Part shown: piece by piece, positions 14,948 to 20,000 of the stretch
How the letters are laid out: the number at the start of each line of letters is the position of its first letter
How positions within the stretch are numbered: the first letter of the stretch is position 1
Virus record (IMG/VR): IMGVR_UViG_3300036860_000214
From: an uncultured virus (IMG/VR IMGVR_UViG_3300036860_000214)
Lineage: Duplodnaviria; Heunggongvirae; Uroviricota; Caudoviricetes
Length of the DNA: 20,000 nucleotides
Direction: 5' to 3' (one strand)
Notes under the pieces: generated by a model
Seen by the model: the letters and a program-made list of their open reading frames with translations, nothing else
Database searches by the model: none
What the model was told of the DNA's origin: nothing
Program-made: the position numbers and the translations under genes

Positions 14948-16571
14948 CTACCGGTACGCCGCCCATGGGGCAGCCGCTGCTGGTTCCGCCTCGAACAGCC
15001 CGGCCGCTAGCGCGTCGATGCGGGCCGCGTCTGCGAGCACCCCGGCCACCGCACCGTCGATCTTGCGGGGGGAATGCGGGCGGTCCTTCTGCAACACGAA
15101 CGGGCGCGCCTCGCCGTCGTCGACCCGCAGCCGCACGTACAGCTTGTGCGCGTTGGCGACATGGCGGGCCAGCCGCGGGTCGCCGTCGTGGGTCAGCTCA
15201 CCGGAACGGATGCCGGCGTCGGCGGCCAGCACCGCCGGCGCGAACCGGCCCGCCGAGTTGGTCGGGAACTCCGCGACCACGTCCTTGCCGTACCGCTCCG
15301 CCCAGGTCGCTAGCCACGCCCGGTACTCCCGCGGGTCGCCGTAGAACCGCGGCACCCGCCACCTGGCGAAGGTGTCGGCGACGGCTTGGTCGACCTCGGC
15401 CTGCGGCACCACCCAACCATCGCCGGTCCGCCCGGGTGTCCGCTCCCACATGGCGATCACGAACCAGTGGCGGTCGCGGGTGCAGCCCAGCAGCGTGGTC
15501 GAGTCCCGACTGATCGACCCGTCGAACCCGACCGTGATCGGCTCGCCATCGGCCACTGTCACCGTTGGGTCGGCCCGGGCCGCCCACACCTGCGGGTCGA
15601 CCCAACGCGCCGCGCCGGCGCGGCGCTGGTTCAGGAAGTAGCGGCGCTGCTCGTTCTCATCAAACCGCGGATCTCGGATCTCGGCCATCAGCCGCGGCAG
15701 GTCCATGACCCCGGCGAACGGGCCGTAGCCGTGATGGAGCTCGGCCAGCAGCGCCCGGTCGTCGCCAAGATCGGGGACCGCGTCGTCGGCGGCACCCTTG
15801 TGGTCCAGCAGTAGCCGCGGCAGGGCGCCCTTGGCGTGCTCGACGTGGGTGTCCTCAGCGACCGACACCTCGCCGGGCGCGTACATGGTGGAGGTCTGGA
15901 GCATCCAGCCTTGGCTGTCGCGGCGCTTGGCGGTGTTGCGCCGCACCATCCGGTACATGCTCCGCAGCTCCGGCAGCACGTACAGGTGGGTCTCGTCGGC
16001 TTCCCCTCGATCTAGCCACCGCGAAGGTCTCCTTGCCGCCGTCCTTGGCGGCCGAGCTCGCGGTGCTAGGTCGAATCTCACCTCCCCCGGGCAGATACAC
16101 CCGCGTGGAAGTCTGCCAGTCTCGCCCGAGGTCGACGCCGCCAAACATCTCGGGGTGAGTGTCGCGGGCGACCTCCAGCATGTAGGCCACGTTGGCGTAG
16201 GTGTTCCCGGCCTGCCCTTCCTCAGTAGCGAGGGCCCGCACAAACGGATACCGCACCGAGCGGCCGACCGGCTCCCCGGCCGCGTCCCAGCCGTCGAACC
16301 GGACCGGGCCCCTGGCCTCCGCGCAGACCAGCATCCCGGCCAGCTCCGACTTCGCCCGCCCCTTCGGCCGACTCAGCAGCGCCTCGTCGTAGACCCGCCT
16401 CCCGGTCACCGGGTCTAGGGCATAGGCGCGCAGCAGGAACGCGGTCAGCTCGTCATCTAGGCGGATCGGGGTACCCTGCACGTCGCCCGGGCCATGCACC
16501 AGGTAGGCTTCAATCCACGCCAGGACCTGCCAGCCGAGGGTCGGGCGGCCCTCGGGGTCGACGTCACGCAC
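14948..16571 (-). CDS. terL: Terminase large subunit split across two frames by a 16-nt insert in Walker B; 535 aa if the insert is skipped (recoded gene or pseudogene)
   Basis: First frame: Walker A SRPKGRAKS and KDGGKETFAVA. Second frame: ADETHLY, LQTST, nuclease motifs VGFDGS...DST and KIDGAVA. Removing 16001-16016 gives FAVADETH and one 1608-nt ORF. Confidence 0.92.
16001..16016 (-). other. 16-nt frame-disrupting insert GCTAGATCGAGGGGAA in terL (equally placeable at 15998-16013)
   Basis: Read directly: TTC GCG GTG [GCT AGA TCG AGG GGA A] GCC GAC GAG ACC CAC. Confidence 0.9.
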
Positions 16572-16992
16572 CGCCGGCCAGCCGCTGGCGGCGGTCCTCC
16601 AGCGACGAGACGTTCCCCTCGCCACCCTGGGCCACCGGTTCAGCAGTCGGCTGGCCGACCGTCCACAGCAGCAGCCGCATCGCCTTCGGCGTCAGCCCAA
16701 GCTCCGTCTCCAGCTTGCTCGCCTGCGCCTGGATCGCTGCCGCCGATCCGGGCCGCTCAGCACGGAGCATGATCCGGCAGTAGCGCGCCACCGTTCGCGT
16801 CCAGCCGAGCTTCACCCACGCGAATGCCTGTGGGGTCCGCCAGAGCTGCGGCCAGGCCTCCTGCTCGGCCTTGGTCCACCGACCGGGCAGCGGCCAGGCC
16901 GGGACCTCGCCCTGGTAGCCCTCGGCAGGAAGCTCGAGCGGGCCGACCCGCGGCTTGTGGCCATGCGGCTCGAAGCTCGGAACCTGGGGCAT
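16564..16992 (-). CDS. terS: Terminase small subunit (actinophage type), 142 aa
   Basis: GGAGG SD; W..LWRTPQA.AW, VARYCR, LGLTPKAMR; overlaps the terL start. Confidence 0.85.
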   Translation of the reverse strand: MPQVPSFEPHGHKPRVGPLELPAEGYQGEVPAWPLPGRWTKAEQEAWPQLWRTPQAFAWVKLGWTRTVARYCRIMLRAERPGSAAAIQAQASKLETELGLTPKAMRLLLWTVGQPTAEPVAQGGEGNVSSLEDRRQRLAGGA

Positions 16993-17109
16993 GACCCTTC
17001 ACCTCCGCAGCCCGAGACGTCTGATGGGTCGGCACAGCGAGATCGATTGGGCGGGGGCGCGAGAGTCGGACAAGACGGACGTGCCGGCCCCGCCCCCCTA
17101 CCCTCCCGC
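16993..17109. other. Candidate cos/packaging-initiation region
   Basis: Only sizeable non-coding gap between HNH and terS; contains a G-tract (17088-17107, minus strand). Positional inference only. Confidence 0.45.
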
Positions 17110-17259
17110 TCAGGCTCCGCGTTTGCTGGCCGTCCATGCGGCGGCCCAGAACCCCAGGCCGAGGCTGAACAGGACCACGTCGCCGCCCTTGACGCCGATG
17201 GCGTCTGCGAAGAACGACAGCGCGGCGAGCACACCGAGGATGACGGTGAGAATCGGCAC
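17110..17259 (-). CDS. Small two-helix membrane protein (about 49 aa)
   Basis: PILTVILGVLAALSFFADAIGVKGGDVVLFSLGLGFWAAAW; high GC3; GTG start uncertain, no clear SD. Confidence 0.6.
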   Translation of the reverse strand: MPILTVILGVLAALSFFADAIGVKGGDVVLFSLGLGFWAAAWTASKRGA

Positions 17260-17270
17260 GGGTGCCGTGG

Positions 17271-17447
17271 CTACTTGTCGGTGCCGAACGGCGGGCAGTG
17301 GTCCTGGCCGCTGGCCTGGCACTGGGTGGAGCCGTTGTTGGAGTGGCCGCTGTTGCCGGCCGGGGGGTCGGCGAGGGCGGCGGACAGGCCGATGGCGGAC
17401 AGGGCGAACAGGGCGACGCCGACGACGGCGATGCGCGCCTTGGTCAT
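17271..17447 (-). CDS. Small secreted peptide with signal sequence (58 aa)
   Basis: AGGAG SD; MTKARIAVVGVALFALSAIGLSAALA then DPPAGNSG...; two Cys; ATGA overlap. Confidence 0.75.
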   Translation of the reverse strand: MTKARIAVVGVALFALSAIGLSAALADPPAGNSGHSNNGSTQCQASGQDHCPPFGTDK

Positions 17448-17626
17448 GGTGATCTCCTGAGGTGCTTGCGACCGAGAAGTACCCGGCCGAGGACGACGAT
17501 GATGAGGGGTCGCCAGTAGATGTGGCCGTAGGTTCGGTAGCCGATGTGGGTGCCGTAGGTGCCGCCGTACCACTTGCGGCGGAACTCGATGTCCGGCTTG
17601 CGGTAGGCCCGCTGCGCCTCGCTCAC
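17444..17626 (-). CDS. Small hypothetical protein (60 aa, aromatic/basic)
   Basis: AGGAGG SD; GTGA overlap with the HNH gene and ATGA overlap downstream. Confidence 0.7.
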   Translation of the reverse strand: MSEAQRAYRKPDIEFRRKWYGGTYGTHIGYRTYGHIYWRPLIIVVLGRVLLGRKHLRRSP

Positions 17627-17964
17627 GGGTTCCTCCTGACGGTGGCACCACTGCTTGAATTGTGACGCCTACAGAGGGTGACCAGCGGGCCAGCCTCAGC
17701 CTCAGCGATGGGGACACCTGCTGCCTCCGCTGCCGCCACGTCGATGAGGTGCCCTGCGGTTAGGTCCTCGGTGGCGCCGCACCCCGGCCACTGGCAGAAG
17801 GGCACGGCTTGCACCTGCTGGCGGCGGCGCTGCTGCTCGATATGGCTGCGGCGGGTGGGGCGCTTGGCGTCCTTGGCCTGCTGCTTGGCGCGCTCATGGA
17901 TGGCGCAGCGAGGCCTGCCGGGAAGGGCCCAGCGGAAGCACTCCAAGCACCTGCGTAAGGCCAT
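17623..17964 (-). CDS. Packaging-associated HNH endonuclease (HK97 gp74-like), divergent active-site region
   Basis: CLEC...CAIH, CQWPGC..TEDLTAGH, LVTLCRRHNSS.G; upstream of terS; GGAG SD 7 nt before ATG. Confidence 0.8.
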   Translation of the reverse strand: MALRRCLECFRWALPGRPRCAIHERAKQQAKDAKRPTRRSHIEQQRRRQQVQAVPFCQWPGCGATEDLTAGHLIDVAAAEAAGVPIAEAEAGPLVTLCRRHNSSSGATVRRNP

Positions 17965-17977
17965 GGGCACACTCCGC

Positions 17978-18005
17978 TGAGTACGAAATCTAGCGTGATT
18001 GTCAA
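17978..18005 (-). promoter_or_regulatory. Possible late-operon promoter
   Basis: Perfect TTGACA (18000-18005) in an AT-enriched gap; the -10 candidate TACTCA at 16 nt is weak. Confidence 0.35.
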
Positions 18006-18049
18006 GTTGCGGGGCGCTGACCAGGGACCGTGTTCCCAAACTCGGACAT

Positions 18050-18517
18050 TCACGTCCCGGTCTCTTGGGTGCGGGCCGGCCAGTTCGCCGCCTCATGGGA
18101 CCGCCTCGCCCACCGGTCGACTAACTGCGCCAACTCGGTGTGCCACCCGGCACGGAGCTTCTGGAGGTCACGGACCAGCGGGTCGGCGAGCTCGGGTCGC
18201 AGCCGGGGGCGGTTGTTGCGGCGGTCCTCCTCGTCGGTGCCCCAGTCCAAGCGCTCTTCGACGGGGCGACCCAGGCCGTGGCGGCCGATGGTGTGGCGGC
18301 CGATGGTGCCGCCGCCTTCGGGACTGCGTTCGCCGCCGGGGCCGAACATGGCGGCGTGCTTGGCGTGCTCCAGCTCGGTGTCCAGCCACAGCAGCAGGTC
18401 CAGCAGGGTCGCCACGTCGGGGAACCCGTTGGGGTTGTTGCGGCTGTGGTGCCGCATGGCGAGCTCTTCCAGGTGGCCCTGGGCGTTGGCGAGCTGGTCG
18501 GTGGTGGGTCGGGTCAG
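18050..18517 (-). CDS. Hypothetical protein (155 aa from CTG 18517, or shorter from ATG 18457)
   Basis: High GC3 from about 18517; GGAGG-N7-CTG overlapping the upstream TGA. Confidence 0.7.
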   Translation of the reverse strand: MTRPTTDQLANAQGHLEELAMRHHSRNNPNGFPDVATLLDLLLWLDTELEHAKHAAMFGPGGERSPEGGGTIGRHTIGRHGLGRPVEERLDWGTDEEDRRNNRPRLRPELADPLVRDLQKLRAGWHTELAQLVDRWARRSHEAANWPARTQETGT

Positions 18518-18768
18518 GGTTGGGCCTCCGCTTCCTTGACATCGCGCTCGATCTGGTCGGCGGCGCGCTGGAGCGCCCTGGCGAACCGCCGTGCCACCCT
18601 CGGCGGCAGGTACTTGTAGTCGGTGCCGTGGCGCCACATGACGGCGGGGGGCTTGGGGCCACCGGCCCGGGTCGGCATGCCGGGCCAGCGGGACACGAAC
18701 ACGGCCAGATGCCCCTGGGCGGGGCCGAGGATGGTGGCGACCTCGGTGTCGCGCTGCCAGCCACTCAC
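18514..18768 (-). CDS. Hypothetical protein (84 aa)
   Basis: GGAGG SD; GTGA overlap; high GC3. Confidence 0.7.
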   Translation of the reverse strand: MSGWQRDTEVATILGPAQGHLAVFVSRWPGMPTRAGGPKPPAVMWRHGTDYKYLPPRVARRFARALQRAADQIERDVKEAEAQP

Positions 18769-18971
18769 GACCCGCCTCCGTCCTCGGCCAGGTGCGCCGC
18801 GTGCAGCTCCAGCACCAGGTGCGGATCGGGGCCGGCGAGCGCGCCGTGGGCGCCATTCAGGTCCCAGTCGAACGTGCCCAGGAACGGCCCGAGCTGCACC
18901 CGGACCGGGAGGGTGTCCGGCAGGTCGGGGTCGTTGATGATCTCCCGCAGGTCGGCGACGGTGGCGGTCAT
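18765..18971 (-). CDS. Hypothetical protein (68 aa)
   Basis: ATGA overlap; MTATVADLREIINDPDLPD. Confidence 0.7.
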   Translation of the reverse strand: MTATVADLREIINDPDLPDTLPVRVQLGPFLGTFDWDLNGAHGALAGPDPHLVLELHAAHLAEDGGGS

Positions 18972-19225
18972 GGCGCCACCTGCGACCCGTAGCGGGCGAC
19001 CAGCGCCCGCACGGTGGTTTCCAGCGCGGCCAGGGACGACTCGGCGACCGCGACCTTCCCGGATGGCAGCTCCAGGCGGATGGCGATGGATGGCGCGCCG
19101 GAGCGCATGCCGCCCTCCAACGCGGCCATGCCGATGCGGGTGCCGCAGTAGACGACGCCGCTTTGGCGAAGGTCCTCCCAGGCGTTGTCGCCTTCGATCT
19201 TCAGGTCGATCACGGGGTTGCTCAT
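18968..19225 (-). CDS. Phage hypothetical protein (85 aa)
   Basis: GGAGG SD before ATG 19225; GGMRSGAPSIAIRLELPSGKVAVAESS; high GC3. Confidence 0.75.
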   Translation of the reverse strand: MSNPVIDLKIEGDNAWEDLRQSGVVYCGTRIGMAALEGGMRSGAPSIAIRLELPSGKVAVAESSLAALETTVRALVARYGSQVAP

Positions 19226-19444
19226 CAGAGCGGGTCCTCCGGGTCGTCGTCGTCCAGGTCCTCGTCGGGTGGGGCGAGGGCGAGCTGCGGCGTAGGCCAT
19301 GAACCGCGACAGGTCGGCGTTGACCCAGGCGAGCTGCCGCTGGTGGTCGGCGCAGTCGGTACGGGTGCATTCCTGGAGGCGGTCGAACTCCGGCCGGTCG
19401 CCGAACTCGGCCACGAACACGGCGCCGCACCGGGTGGGGTTCAT
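19225..19444 (-). CDS. Small hypothetical gene with an apparent frameshift near 19288 that fuses it to the next gene
   Basis: MNPTRCGAVF...FMAYA is in one frame; the GC3-rich tail QLALAPPDEDLDDDDPEDPL* ending in TGATG is in the +1 frame. Confidence 0.55.
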
Positions 19445-19758
19445 CCGCCGCACCGCCCCTGCTCGCTCAGCGCCTGGATGCGCCGCAGGATGTGCCGCAT
19501 CAGCTCGAGCTGCGGCTCGACCTCGGCGTCGTGGCCGTCGCGAACCCCGCCCTTCCAGACGCTATGCTCAACCGTGTAGCGAAGCCGCAGGTCGCCGCAG
19601 CCGGTGGCGCGCGCCACCTGCACCACCTCGGCCTCCATGTCGACCGCGGGGTCGGGCAGCAGCGGGGCACGGGCGTAGTCGGTGGCCTGGGCGATGCCGA
19701 ACGCGGCCAGCAGCAGCACCGCCGACACGGCCAGGACGAGGCGGGTCGGGCGGGTCAC
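19441..19758 (-). CDS. Secreted or membrane-anchored hypothetical protein (105 aa)
   Basis: GTG start with AGGAG SD; N-terminal hydrophobic LVLAVSAVLLLAAFGIAQA; 4-nt overlaps. Confidence 0.7.
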   Translation of the reverse strand: MTRPTRLVLAVSAVLLLAAFGIAQATDYARAPLLPDPAVDMEAEVVQVARATGCGDLRLRYTVEHSVWKGGVRDGHDAEVEPQLELMRHILRRIQALSEQGRCGG

Positions 19759-20000
19759 CGGTCCAGCTCCTGCGGCGGCGGCGGGGCCAGCGAATCCAGC
19801 TCCCGCCATGGCCGCTCGGCGACCTCATGGGCCTCCTTGCGGGCGACTCGTCGCATGACCTCCAGTAGCTCGACGGACCGGCGGTCGGTGGCCTCCAGGT
19901 GCCGAAGGCGCCACCAGATCGCGCGGCGTAGCCGATGGTCGGGGTTGGGCGGCAGCCGCTCCAGCAGCCAGTACCAGCGGGCACGGGTGCGGGTGATCCG
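19755..20000 (-). CDS. 3' part of a hypothetical protein starting beyond the window
   Basis: Open frame RITRTRARWYWLLERLPPNPDHRLRRAIWWRLRHLE...QELDR*, ending in a GTGA overlap. Confidence 0.65.
   Translation of the reverse strand, partial: RITRTRARWYWLLERLPPNPDHRLRRAIWWRLRHLEATDRRSVELLEVMRRVARKEAHEVAERPWRELDSLAPPPPQELDR

Larger units (their letters stand above)
1..20000 (-). mobile_element. Tailed phage/prophage late region (HK97-type head module), probably actinobacterial host
   Basis: Order HNH-terS-terL-portal-protease-capsid; all genes co-oriented; high GC and GC3; no host housekeeping genes. Free phage versus prophage cannot be decided from this window. Confidence 0.95.

Noticed and set aside
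15999..16013. Insert AGATCGAGGGGAAGC loosely resembles the Illumina adapter start AGATCGGAAGAGC
   Set aside because: Only the first 6 nt match contiguously, and the insert pairs with upstream genomic sequence. Not favoured, but reads should be checked.
14948..16243. TerL as two independently initiated genes, or containing an intron or intein
   Set aside because: The break is inside Walker B with no well-placed start for the second half, and 16 nt is far too short for a self-splicing element.
1..20000. tRNA, rRNA, integrase, att sites, IS elements
   Set aside because: None recognisable by eye in this window.

Overview
GC-rich (roughly 70%) segment of an actinobacterial-type HK97-like tailed phage or prophage. 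All credible genes are on the minus strand and most are coupled by ATGA/GTGA overlaps. In transcription order (right to left): small hypothetical genes; packaging HNH nuclease; three small genes (at least two look membrane-bound or secreted); candidate cos region; TerS; TerL; portal; multidomain prohead protease; a mini-duplicate of the capsid N-terminus; major capsid protein; a free-standing endonuclease VII-type nuclease; a sugar-modification cassette (GT4, NDP-sugar C-methyltransferase, GDP-mannose 4,6-dehydratase, GT2); and Ser/Thr/Ala-rich putative virion proteins. Main findings: (1) TerL is interrupted inside its Walker B motif by a 16-nt insert that pairs with upstream rare codons in a long hairpin and is bracketed by Ala codons (GCU/GCC), a candidate programmed translational bypass. 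(2) A candidate virion-glycosylation pathway for a C-methyl-branched deoxysugar lies inside the head module. (3) Three leaders share one RNA design, a hairpin whose loop is complementary to the downstream Shine-Dalgarno (SD) region. (4) Two stand-alone mini-genes appear derived from capsid domains. All assignments come from reading motifs by eye; no searches were run.
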